Positions 1 through 9,272 of a stretch of 64,000 nt of DNA are shown in pieces. The DNA is from Verrucomicrobiaceae bacterium (GTDB taxonomy: Bacteria; Verrucomicrobiota; Verrucomicrobiia; Verrucomicrobiales; Akkermansiaceae): contig JBPOGH010000005.1 in the NCBI GenBank assembly GCA_051252135.1, positions 1 to 64,000 on the forward strand, read 5' to 3'. Position numbers and translations under genes: made by a program. The stretch's first letter is position 1. The number at the start of each line of letters is the position of its first letter. The notes under the pieces were generated by a model. That model saw only the letters and a program-made list of their open reading frames with translations. It was not told the origin of the DNA and searched no databases.

Positions 1-60
1 AACCCCCCCAATCAAAAACCCCCCCCACCAAAACCCCCCCCAACCAAACGCCCCCCCCAT

Positions 61-398
61 CCAAACGACTCCGACTCCCCCACGGGCCAACGGCCCGACT
101 CATACCAGCCCAGGGCAACGCCCTGGGTTTCCCACCCGCAGGGTCCAAAGAGCAAGCCCGGCACCCCGCTCCCCCTACTACTCACCCGCCGCTCTTCCTC
201 CACCCCCGCCGCTGAATACCAAACAACTCCGACACCCCCAAGGGCCAACGGCCCGCCATATACCAGCCCAGGGCAACGCCCTGGGTTTCCCACCCGCAGG
301 GTCCATAGAGCAAGCCCGGCATACCGCTCCCCCTACAACTCACCCGCCGCTCTTCCTCCACCCCCGCCGCTGAATACCAAACAACTCCGACACCCCCA
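61..398. repeat. 158-bp tandem duplication carrying REP-like palindromes
   Basis: CCAAAC(G/A)ACTCCGAC recurs at 61, 219 and 377. Each unit contains GGGCCAACGGCCC and CCCAGGGCAACGCCCTGGG hairpins. Confidence 0.9.
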
Positions 399-676
399 AC
401 AAACCATCCACTACAATCACCTCGTCACGGCACCCCCAGCCTCTAAAAATCCCCCCAACCAAGCATCCCCTCCATCCTGTCTATCTGCGGTTAAAAAACT
501 CCCCAACCAAGCCTCCTCAAGCAAGCAATCCCTAATTCCTAATTCTCCTCAACCCTCCCCTTCCTCAGCGGTTCCCATTCAATTCAACGAATCAGGCCCG
601 GACACCCCCCAAATCCACCCCGGAACCCCTCCGCACCCCCAAAAATCAACCTCCCGCCATTTTCCACTTCACAAAC

Positions 677-694
677 CTAGTCAGACTAGTCTAG
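677..694. promoter_or_regulatory. Probable TA autoregulatory operator (overlapping palindromes)
   Basis: CTAGTC-A-GACTAG and AGACTAGTCT lie immediately upstream of the antitoxin ATG. Confidence 0.55.
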
Positions 695-705
695 TTTATA
701 TACCC

Positions 706-975
706 ATGAAGCAAGTCGGACTCTACGAAGCCAAATCAAAGCTCTCCGCTCTCGTCTCGGCCCTCATCGAATCAGGCGATCCCGTCTCCCTCACCAGGCA
801 CGGCCACGTCGTTGCCGAAATCCGACTCCCCTCCGTCGACACCCCCTCCAGAGGAGCACTCAGCGCCGAAAACTTCTTCATCGCCCCTGATTTCGATCAC
901 CCCACCAAGCCCCTCTCACCCCCCTCCCCTCCGCGCGTCGACCCGCCAGGAGAACCTGAAGAACCCCGACAATGA
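706..975 (+). CDS. Phd/YefM-family antitoxin
   Basis: MKQVGLYEAKSKLSALV...SLTRHGHVVAEI is a Phd/YefM N-terminal motif. Overlaps the toxin start by ATGA. Confidence 0.85.
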   Translation: MKQVGLYEAKSKLSALVSALIESGDPVSLTRHGHVVAEIRLPSVDTPSRGALSAENFFIAPDFDHPTKPLSPPSPPRVDPPGEPEEPRQ

Positions 976-1364
976 TTGAGCAGCTCCTCGACACCCGGGT
1001 GCTCCTCCTCTTCCTCCAAAACGACCCCTCCCTGCCCGAACCACTGGCAGCAAGGATCGAGTCCCCCCAAAATCGCTCCCTCGTCTCCCTCGCGAGCCTC
1101 TGGGAACTTGCCCAAAAACAATCACTCGGACTCCTCAAGTTCGCCACCGCCCAACGCCCCGACTTCCCCGCCCTCCTCGTCGACGAGGGCTTCGAGGTCC
1201 TCCCCATCGAATGGAGCACCATGCGCCGCGCCTCGGGACTCCCGCAACATCACAGCGACCCCACCGACCGCATCCTCGTCGCCGAAGCCATCGCCCGGGA
1301 CATCCCCATTCTCTCACTCGATGACACCTTCGATCTCTACGGAGTCCCCAGGATCAGCAACTAA
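972..1364 (+). CDS. vapC: PIN-domain (VapC-family) toxin
   Basis: LLDT..., SLASLWE and H.DP.DRIL.A.A...LS.D PIN motifs; coupled to the antitoxin. Confidence 0.85.
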   Translation: MIEQLLDTRVLLLFLQNDPSLPEPLAARIESPQNRSLVSLASLWELAQKQSLGLLKFATAQRPDFPALLVDEGFEVLPIEWSTMRRASGLPQHHSDPTDRILVAEAIARDIPILSLDDTFDLYGVPRISN

Positions 1365-1369
1365 CCACG

Positions 1370-1402
1370 AAAAAAGGCGACCTCCATCGGAGATCGCCTT
1401 TT
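1370..1402. terminator. Bidirectional intrinsic terminator
   Basis: AAAAGGCGA-cctccatcggaga-TCGCCTTTT between convergent vapC and rpmB. Confidence 0.75.
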
Positions 1403-1424
1403 AAAAAACTGAATCGAAACCGGC

Positions 1425-1688
1425 TTAGATCAAGCCCGCCTTCTTAAGCGTAGCGTAAGCACCGTTCTTGTTGATCGTCTTGATCGCCTTCGCGGAAAGC
1501 TTCAACTTAATGTGCTTACCAAGCTCTGGCACCCAGATTCGCTTGGACTGAAGGTTTGGAGAAACCTTGCGCTTAACGGTCTTGGTGACGTGACGACCGA
1601 TGCCGCCTTTTTTCTTGGCCAGACCGGAACGATGAATTTTACGTCCTACGCGGACTTTGGAACCTCGGATACTACAAACTCTAGCCAT
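1425..1688 (-). CDS. rpmB: 50S ribosomal protein L28
   Basis: MARVCSIRG...KRKVSPNLQSKRIW...LKLSAKAIKTINKNG is a typical L28. Confidence 0.95.
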   Translation of the reverse strand: MARVCSIRGSKVRVGRKIHRSGLAKKKGGIGRHVTKTVKRKVSPNLQSKRIWVPELGKHIKLKLSAKAIKTINKNGAYATLKKAGLI

Positions 1689-1827
1689 AAAACAAAAAGG
1701 ATTGGTGGGGCGGGAGAAATAGGCAGATCGCGCTTAGGGTCAAGCGGATTCTTTGATTTATCCTACCCTTTTATTTCCCAATCACTCCGCGCTGGTCGAA
1801 TTGCTCCCGCTATGATCACCTTCCCAC

Positions 1828-2670
1828 ATGGCACAACCAACCGTGATCGACTACCTCGAACAACTCCAAAACCAAGGAGTTACCCACGTTGAGGTCGATG
1901 ACGAAGCCCGCGCCATCCTGCGCGAATTCTACCGCCGCGGTTCCGCCAAATCCCTCCCCGCCCCCGCCGCGAAAAAGAAACCCGCAAGCAAGGCCACCCC
2001 CACCCCCACTTCCGCCCCCGATTCGCAAATCACCATCTCCGGCACCACCGCCGCCGAAAAAGTCGCCTCCCTCGCCGCACAATGCCTCAACTGGGCACCC
2101 TCCAAAGCCCTCGGCACCCTCCGCGATCGCATGGTCTTCTCCACCGGGAACCCGGAGGCCGACCTCATGCTCGTCGGCGAGGCCCCCGGCCATCAGGAGG
2201 AAAAACAAGCCGAACCCTTCGTCGGACCCGCCGGCCAAAAACTCGATCAAATCCTCAAAGCCATGGGCCTCTCCCGCCCCGAGGTCTATATCTCCAATGT
2301 CTGCAAATTCCGGCCCGGCATGAAAAACCAAACCACCGGAAACCGAAAACCCTCCCCCGGGGAAATGGCCACCAATCTCCCCTTCCTCCGCGCTGAGATC
2401 GATATCGTCAAACCCAAGGTCATCATCGCCTTGGGCGGAACCGCAGCCGAAGGCCTCCTCGAAAAAACCCAGGCAGTCGGCCAACTCCGCGGCGCATGGC
2501 ACCAGTTCCAGGGCATCCCCCTCCGTGTCACCTACCACCCCTCCTACCTTCTCCGCCAATCCGATGGCAATAATGAGAAACGTCTCGTCTGGGAAGATAT
2601 GCTCGCCGCCATGGAAAAACTCGGACTCCCCGTCAGCGAAAAACAACGATCATTCTTTCTACCAAAATAA
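1828..2670 (+). CDS. Uracil-DNA glycosylase, family 4
   Basis: VGEAPG, PFVGPAG and TYHPSYLLR motifs. Confidence 0.9.
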   Translation: MAQPTVIDYLEQLQNQGVTHVEVDDEARAILREFYRRGSAKSLPAPAAKKKPASKATPTPTSAPDSQITISGTTAAEKVASLAAQCLNWAPSKALGTLRDRMVFSTGNPEADLMLVGEAPGHQEEKQAEPFVGPAGQKLDQILKAMGLSRPEVYISNVCKFRPGMKNQTTGNRKPSPGEMATNLPFLRAEIDIVKPKVIIALGGTAAEGLLEKTQAVGQLRGAWHQFQGIPLRVTYHPSYLLRQSDGNNEKRLVWEDMLAAMEKLGLPVSEKQRSFFLPK

Positions 2671-2723
2671 AAGTTTTTGTAATTTTTATTGATATTTTAC
2701 ACTTATTGACATTTTATGGGTGC

Positions 2724-3668
2724 ATGAAGTTGTTTACCCACATCTCCATTCTCTCTCTGAGCCTGTCCGCTATCAGTTACGGACAAACTCTTTTCTCCAA
2801 TCTCAACTTCGATTTCAGCGAAGCAACCTTCGGTAGTGGTGCCATCTCCGGCACCCAAGGTTACAATATCATTAACGATTCCACCGGGGAAAAACTCACT
2901 ACTGATAACGCCGACCTCGACGATATCTTCATCACCGTCACCTCGAACGTTCCCTCCGCCACTGGCGCCTTCGCCGATGCCGAACTGGTCTCCGGTGGCG
3001 GCCTCCGCTCCAATCACGGCTTTTCTAATAATTTCTCCGCCACTTACCCCCTCGGTGCAGCAAACAACCCCGGCACCGTCGTCTCCCAAACCATCCGCAT
3101 CACTTTCGCCAATCACCTCTCGATCACCGACTTCGAGATGGACTTCACCAGCCTCAACACCCGCGGACGCACCTGGGAGCATTCCCAAATCGCACTGCTC
3201 GATGAAAACGGCAACTACTTCTCCTCCGAGCCCTCCCTCGGCGACTACAACACCTGGAAGAACGCCACCGTCGCCTCCGATCCCTCATGGAACATCGGTA
3301 GTGAAGCCGCCGGCAACGGAGCCTCGGGCTCCCCGTCCGAAGGCTGGTTCGTCACCGCTTCCACCGCCACCGTCACCGATGTCGGAACTGTCCTCTCCGG
3401 TGCCGGAAGCAATGGCTCCCGTGAAAACATGACCGGAACGAACGGCGATAGCGTCTTCAATTACGACGACGTCAACCTCGCCCCCGGAACCCGCATCGGC
3501 GGCTACGAATGGACCACCTTCGTCGAGGACACCCGCGGCCAGAACAACAATTTCTCTTCTTGGACCACCACCCAGTCCGGCCTCACCCTCACCAGCACCG
3601 TCCCCGAGCCCTCCAGCGCCCTCTTGGCACTTCTCGGCGCATCCGCACTCCTGCGCCGCCGACGCTAA
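2724..3668 (+). CDS. PEP-CTERM sorting-domain surface protein
   Basis: Signal peptide MKLFTHISIL...; C-terminal VPEPSSALLALLGASALLRRRR. Confidence 0.9.
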   Translation: MKLFTHISILSLSLSAISYGQTLFSNLNFDFSEATFGSGAISGTQGYNIINDSTGEKLTTDNADLDDIFITVTSNVPSATGAFADAELVSGGGLRSNHGFSNNFSATYPLGAANNPGTVVSQTIRITFANHLSITDFEMDFTSLNTRGRTWEHSQIALLDENGNYFSSEPSLGDYNTWKNATVASDPSWNIGSEAAGNGASGSPSEGWFVTASTATVTDVGTVLSGAGSNGSRENMTGTNGDSVFNYDDVNLAPGTRIGGYEWTTFVEDTRGQNNNFSSWTTTQSGLTLTSTVPEPSSALLALLGASALLRRRR

Positions 3669-3722
3669 AATTCGCCTCATTTATGAGGTGCAATCCTCGG
3701 GCGCGATGCTTCCATATCGCCC

Positions 3723-5768
3723 ATGAGCGACCCGCACCCTTTCCTGGCAGACGACTTCCAAATCAACTGGTCCACCCTCACCCCGGACCACATCGAAAAA
3801 GACGTCACCCTCGCCATCGAAACCGGTCGTAAAAATATCGACGCCATCAAGTCCCAGCCACTTGATCAACTCACCTACGCCTCCACCTTCGGCGCCCTCG
3901 AGTCCGCCACCGATGACCTCGACCGCTCCTGGGGCCGCGTCAACCACCTCGACTCGGTAGCCAACTCCGACGCCCTCCGCGAAGCACTCAACAAAATGCT
4001 TCCCGCCGTCTCCGCCTTCTCCTCTTCCATCTCGCTCGACGACGACCTCTGGAACGTCCTCAAAGCCTTCGAAAAGTCCGACCTCTCTTCCCTCTCTCCC
4101 ATCGAACAACGCTTCGTCGAAGAAACCTGCGCCGACTTCCGCGCCGCCGGTGCCGACCTCGCCCCCGATGCCAAATCACGCATGGCTGAAATCAACGCCG
4201 AACTCCCCCAGGTCACCCAAAAATTCGGCGAAAACGTCCTCGATTCCACCAACGCCTGGGACCTCTTCATCAATGACGAAGCCCGCCTCGCCGGACTCCC
4301 CGACTCCGCCATCGCCGCCGCCGCCCAGGACGCCAAATCCAAGGACAAGGAAGGCCAATGGCGCTTCAGCCTCCAGCACCCCTCCATGATGCCCGTCATG
4401 CAGCACGCCGAAGACGAATCCCTCCGCAAAGCCATGTGGGAAGGCTCCTGCACCATCGGCCACGGCGGCGAGCGCGATAACTCCCAACTCATCTGGGACA
4501 TCCTCCGCCTCCGCGAGGAAAAGGCCCATCTCCTCGGCTTCGCCTGCTTCTCCGATCTCGTCCTCCAACGCCGCATGGCCCAATCCGGAAACAAGGCCCT
4601 CCAATTCACCGAGGACCTCCACGAAAAGATCCTCGCCCGCTTCCAGCAGGACATCGACGACCTCCAGTCCTACAAGGCCGAAAAAACCGACACCCCAAAA
4701 GGCCCCCTCCAACCCTGGGAGACCACCTACTGGGCCGAGAAACGCCGCAAGGAACTCTACGATTTCGATGACGAAGCCCTCCGACCCTACTTCCCCGTCG
4801 GCCAAGTCATGGACGGACTCTTCTCCCTCACCTCCCGCCTCTTCGGCATCAACATTTCACCCGCAAAAGCCGAAGCCTGGCACGACGAAGTCACCTTCTA
4901 CGAAATCCACGATTCCCAAACCAACGAACACCTCGGCTCCTTCTACGCCGACTGGCACCCGCGCGAATCAAAACGCGGCGGCGCCTGGATGAACTACCTC
5001 GAAACCGGACTCCCACCCCACGGCGACCAACCCCGCACCCCGCACCTCGGTCTCATCTGCGGCAACATGACCAAACCCACCGCCGACAAACCCGCCCTCC
5101 TCACCCACCGCGAGGTCGAAACCATCTTCCACGAGTTCGGCCACCTCCTCCACCACCTCCTCTCCGAGGTCGAAATCAAATCCCTCGCCGGCGTCAACGT
5201 CCCCTGGGATTTCGTCGAACTCCCCTCCCAAATCATGGAGAACTTCTGCTGGGATCGCGAGTCGCTCGACTTCTTCGCCAGACACTACGAAACAGGCGAA
5301 ACCATCCCCGACGCCCTCTTCGACAAACTGGTCGCCGCACGGAACTACATGTCCGCCTCCGGCTTCATGCGCCAACTCGCCTTCGGCAAGCTCGACCTCG
5401 AACTCCACACCAACTTCCAAAAATACAACGGCCAGGACCTCGATGCCCTCGACCGCGAAATTCTCGCCGCCTACAAAACCCCCATCGCCACCCCCAACCC
5501 CACCATGGCGCGCGCCTTCAATCACCTCTTCTCCTCCCCCGTCGGCTACGCCGCCGGATACTACTCCTACAAATGGGCCGAAGTCCTCGATGCCGACGCC
5601 TTCACCCGCTTCCGCACCGAAGGCGTCCTCAACCCCGACACCGGCCACTCCTTCCGCAAGGAAATCCTCTCCCAAGGAAACTCCCGCCCCGTCGACGACT
5701 CCTACCGCGCCTTCATGTCCCGCGACCCCGACCAAACCGCCCTCCTCGAACGCAGCGGCCTCCTCTAA
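3723..5768 (+). CDS. prlC: M3 family oligopeptidase A
   Basis: FHEFGHLLH zinc motif, WDFVELPSQ, GYYSYKWAEVLDADAF. Confidence 0.92.
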   Translation: MSDPHPFLADDFQINWSTLTPDHIEKDVTLAIETGRKNIDAIKSQPLDQLTYASTFGALESATDDLDRSWGRVNHLDSVANSDALREALNKMLPAVSAFSSSISLDDDLWNVLKAFEKSDLSSLSPIEQRFVEETCADFRAAGADLAPDAKSRMAEINAELPQVTQKFGENVLDSTNAWDLFINDEARLAGLPDSAIAAAAQDAKSKDKEGQWRFSLQHPSMMPVMQHAEDESLRKAMWEGSCTIGHGGERDNSQLIWDILRLREEKAHLLGFACFSDLVLQRRMAQSGNKALQFTEDLHEKILARFQQDIDDLQSYKAEKTDTPKGPLQPWETTYWAEKRRKELYDFDDEALRPYFPVGQVMDGLFSLTSRLFGINISPAKAEAWHDEVTFYEIHDSQTNEHLGSFYADWHPRESKRGGAWMNYLETGLPPHGDQPRTPHLGLICGNMTKPTADKPALLTHREVETIFHEFGHLLHHLLSEVEIKSLAGVNVPWDFVELPSQIMENFCWDRESLDFFARHYETGETIPDALFDKLVAARNYMSASGFMRQLAFGKLDLELHTNFQKYNGQDLDALDREILAAYKTPIATPNPTMARAFNHLFSSPVGYAAGYYSYKWAEVLDADAFTRFRTEGVLNPDTGHSFRKEILSQGNSRPVDDSYRAFMSRDPDQTALLERSGLL

Positions 5769-6073
5769 CCCCCCTCCCAAAATTGTAGCGTCGGTCTATG
5801 ACCCTCCCATCCAAGCCCCAGTTCGTAGTGTAGGCTTCAGCCGAACATCCAAAACCAAGCCCCCCCATCCAAGCCCCCCATCCAAGTTTCGTCCATTTCG
5901 TATTTTTCGTGCTTCCTCCCCCCAAAAAACCAAGCCCCCCAACCAAGCCTCTGCTCTCTCCGCCCCCTCTCTGGTAAAAAAATCACCACCCACCCCGGAG
6001 CGGCAGCTCCAAAAAGCTCTCAGCTCTCAGCTCTCAGCTCGCCGCTCCCAGCTCTCAGCTCTCAGCCCAAAAC
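5769..6073. repeat. Intergenic mosaic of CCAAG-linked repeat modules ending in (GCTCTCA)n heptamers
   Basis: Modules recur in the same order at 8941-9270. Confidence 0.85.
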
Positions 6074-7375
6074 TCACCTCTGCTTCGCTTCCCAAGTCTT
6101 CCGCCAATTCTCTGCCACCTCTAGGAAAGCCGGATCGCTGATCTGATCCAAGGCCTGCTGGGATCTCTCCCGATCCCCAAACTTCTGCAGCATAATCTGC
6201 GAATACTCCCCATACCCCCGGTCCCGCCACAGACCTCCCTCAAACTCCCCGAGCCACTCCCAAGCCGCCTCGGGATGCTCCGCAATATAAGGCGACACCC
6301 CACGGTGGAAGATCCCCGCCGTCTCCTCCCTCTCCGGAAGCCCCGTCGCCCACTCCGCCAACTCCCCACTATCCATTTTCCGCCCAATCTCCCGCACCTG
6401 CTGCCGCACCTCCTGCCTCCCCACCAGATCCCACTCCTCACCCGCGATCAAAAGATCAATCGCCGTCCGGGCATTCGCAGCCGTCACTTGACTCCCCGTC
6501 ACAAACCTAAAATAAAAATCGCTCCGCAACTCCTCCCCCAGCTGCTTCCCCATCTCCACCAAATCAACATCGCTTCTCCCCATCATCTTGAGCGCCAAAG
6601 CCGAAGCCGCCAACTTACCCGCCTCTCCTTCAATCCTCGTCAGCTCAATCAACTTCTCTTTCGAAAGATCAATTCCACTGGATCGCCAGAAATGCTCCCA
6701 CTGCCCCGCTCCCTCAACCCTCCCGGGATCCTCCGCAATCAGGCTCCACATCTTCTCAAGATCCCTGACTCTCTCCTTTCTCCCCGGTTTCCCTAATCTC
6801 GCCAATGTGCTCAAAGCCGTAGCAAAATTCGTCCCCTCCAACCTCATCACAAAAGGCAACGCCCTCTCAAAACTCTCCCTTCCCAGCACATAAATCATCG
6901 CATCCCGCACCAGCGATCCCTTCAACACCCCGAAATCCGCCCCCTCAACCAGGCCCCAAATCTCCTCCGGCTGACTCAAAAAAACCTCCCTGAAAACACC
7001 CCTCAACCGCTGCTCAAATTCATCATCATCCCAGCTCTCCCCCAGGAACGCCAGCAACGCCCCCTTTGGATCCACCTCCGCCCACGCCTTCAGAATCTCA
7101 TCCTGCATTTCCATCCGCTTCGCCCGATCCAGCCGACGCCTCGGCAACGCATCCCAAGCCTCCTGATAAAGCTTCGTCTTTCTCTCAAACGACGACCGCC
7201 CATCCCGATCCACACCCTCCGTCGCCACCCCCTCTCTCTCCTTTCCCGCATTCCCCAACTCCCCGGAAACCACTTCCAAACCGCTAACCTCATCCACGCT
7301 CTCCACTTCGCGACTCAGCAAAAACGCAAGCACCGCCACCAACAACAAACTGATCAAAAACGGGAACCTCCTCAT
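6074..7375 (-). CDS. Hypothetical exported or anchored helical-repeat protein
   Basis: N-terminal hydrophobic segment (MRRFPFLISLLLVAVLAF); WAEVDPKGA and HPEAAWEWL helical repeats. Confidence 0.7.
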   Translation of the reverse strand: MRRFPFLISLLLVAVLAFLLSREVESVDEVSGLEVVSGELGNAGKEREGVATEGVDRDGRSSFERKTKLYQEAWDALPRRRLDRAKRMEMQDEILKAWAEVDPKGALLAFLGESWDDDEFEQRLRGVFREVFLSQPEEIWGLVEGADFGVLKGSLVRDAMIYVLGRESFERALPFVMRLEGTNFATALSTLARLGKPGRKERVRDLEKMWSLIAEDPGRVEGAGQWEHFWRSSGIDLSKEKLIELTRIEGEAGKLAASALALKMMGRSDVDLVEMGKQLGEELRSDFYFRFVTGSQVTAANARTAIDLLIAGEEWDLVGRQEVRQQVREIGRKMDSGELAEWATGLPEREETAGIFHRGVSPYIAEHPEAAWEWLGEFEGGLWRDRGYGEYSQIMLQKFGDRERSQQALDQISDPAFLEVAENWRKTWEAKQR

Positions 7376-7379
7376 ATTC

Positions 7380-8894
7380 TTACCTCTTCCGTTGATCGTA
7401 TATTTCCTGAGCCTCCCGCGCGATCCCCGGATACTCCGCTTTCGACTCATGGATCAAGGTCTGCAATGCCCGCGACCGATGAACGTCATCCGGCAAGGTC
7501 TTCACCCACCCCAGGTAATCCTCTCCAAAACGAGTCAAATTAACCTGCGTCTTCGCCTGCCAACCCGCCCAAAGATCCTTCTGCACCCGCTCATCCCACA
7601 CCGGCATCGGAATCGCCGTATTCAACTCATAGAACTTCTCAGGATCCACATTGTTGAACCACCACCGCGCCGCATAAATCTGCTGCCATTTCTGCGCATC
7701 CGCCTTCCACCCATCAAAAAGCAACAGCGCCGCCTCCGGATTGTCCTCCGCTAGATGCCGATACAGTTGCGACCGGAACTCACTCTCGTGCTCCGCCGCC
7801 TGCGGCATCGCCTCCCGCGCCGCCTCCATCACCTCCTTCGCCGTCACCTCTCCATGCCGTAACGCATACCCCCAATCACCCTCACTATCGATAAACCTCC
7901 TCACCCCCCCCGTCACCACCCCCGTCTTAAAATTCCGCTCACTCACGTTGAAAGGGGAACCCCCAAGCTCACCAATTTCCCGGATCAATGCATACCGCTC
8001 ATCCAACGACTGATCCCCCCCTTCCGTCATCTGCCAACCCATCCGGGAAAACTCCTTCACCGCCTCTTCATCCATCACCCCCTCCCCCATCAACTTCCGA
8101 ATCCAGGGAATCTTCTCCCCCGCCCCCAAGCGCTCCACCATCGCACCAATCGCCTCCACCTGCTGCTTCCCTTTCAAATAAGAAACCAACTCATCTCTCC
8201 CCTCAAGAGACCATTTGCTTCCAATCACATCCCCATACCCATTCGCATAAAATCGTCCTCCTTCATGAGTCGTCCCAATCAACTGCCTTAGGCCCGCCAA
8301 ATCGCTCCGCGACGCCACATCTGCAATCGCTACCTGATAAACACGATTTCTCAATAACACCGGGAGATCAAAAATCGATTCCAACCGACCCGCACCCCCC
8401 TCCCTCTCATAAAATCCCTTCGCTATCGCAGCCCCATGAAAACGATTCATAATAGAGCGACCGTAACTAGTCCCGTCTTCTAGGAACGCCAACGCCGCCT
8501 CACGATCTGCGATCAACCAATGCTCAAATCTCACCGCCAACTCACTCGAATGTGAAACCACACCGGCTTCGCGAATTTCCTGCCTAAACTCCTCCATCGC
8601 TTCCCTCACCGCCCCCTCCGGATCAGCCGCAGGCTCAATCGAATCCCTTAATTTGCAATAAAAACTATAATAATCCTGTCCTTCGCGAGAGACCTCCTCT
8701 TCCAGCAACTTCGCCACCAACCCATCCAAAAACTCCTCCCCCGTCCTTGCATCATCACGCTCCCGCTTCTCCACCACCAAAGGCACCGTCACTCCACCCC
8801 CCGCCTCACCCCCAACCCGCAAAACCCGCGCCACCCCCCACCCAACAACCGCCGCCAAACCATAACACCCCGCCCTCCACCAAAATTGATTCAT
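7380..8894 (-). CDS. Hypothetical exported or anchored helical-repeat protein
   Basis: 504-aa ORF with N-terminal anchor and DREAALAFL / DNPEAALLL repeats; 4 bp from the next gene. Confidence 0.7.
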   Translation of the reverse strand: MNQFWWRAGCYGLAAVVGWGVARVLRVGGEAGGGVTVPLVVEKRERDDARTGEEFLDGLVAKLLEEEVSREGQDYYSFYCKLRDSIEPAADPEGAVREAMEEFRQEIREAGVVSHSSELAVRFEHWLIADREAALAFLEDGTSYGRSIMNRFHGAAIAKGFYEREGGAGRLESIFDLPVLLRNRVYQVAIADVASRSDLAGLRQLIGTTHEGGRFYANGYGDVIGSKWSLEGRDELVSYLKGKQQVEAIGAMVERLGAGEKIPWIRKLMGEGVMDEEAVKEFSRMGWQMTEGGDQSLDERYALIREIGELGGSPFNVSERNFKTGVVTGGVRRFIDSEGDWGYALRHGEVTAKEVMEAAREAMPQAAEHESEFRSQLYRHLAEDNPEAALLLFDGWKADAQKWQQIYAARWWFNNVDPEKFYELNTAIPMPVWDERVQKDLWAGWQAKTQVNLTRFGEDYLGWVKTLPDDVHRSRALQTLIHESKAEYPGIAREAQEIYDQRKR

Positions 8895-9272
8895 CCCCTA
8901 TCAACTATCCCTTCCCACATTTTATATCAAGACCCAAACACCAATCCCCAGTTTGTAGTGTAGGCTTTAGCCGAACTTCCAAAACCAAGCCCCCCATCCA
9001 AGCCCCCACCCAAGTTTCGTCCATTTCGTATTTTTCGTGGTTCCTCCCCCCAAAAAACCAACCCCCCCAACCAAGCCTCTTCTCTCTCCGCTCCCTCTGT
9101 GGTGAAAAAATCTCCCGCTGCCCCATCACTCCCCTCCCACCCCGGAGCGGCAGCTCCAAAAAGCTCTCAGCTCTCAGCTCTCAGCTCTCAGCTCTCAGCT
9201 CTCAGCCCTCAGCTCTCAGCCCTCAGCTCTCAGCCCTCAGCTCGCCGCTCTCAGCTCAAAGCTCTCAGCCCC
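8895..9272. repeat. Intergenic repeat mosaic with long (GCTCTCA)n heptamer tract
   Basis: Near-copy of 5811-6070; heptamer tract at about 9163-9270. Confidence 0.85.

Noticed and set aside
12..293. 93-aa minus-strand ORF
   Set aside because: It is a translation of the REP-like tandem repeat.
5769..6073. CCAAG-linked mosaics as a CRISPR array
   Set aside because: The linker is too short and irregular, and the 'spacers' recur at other loci.
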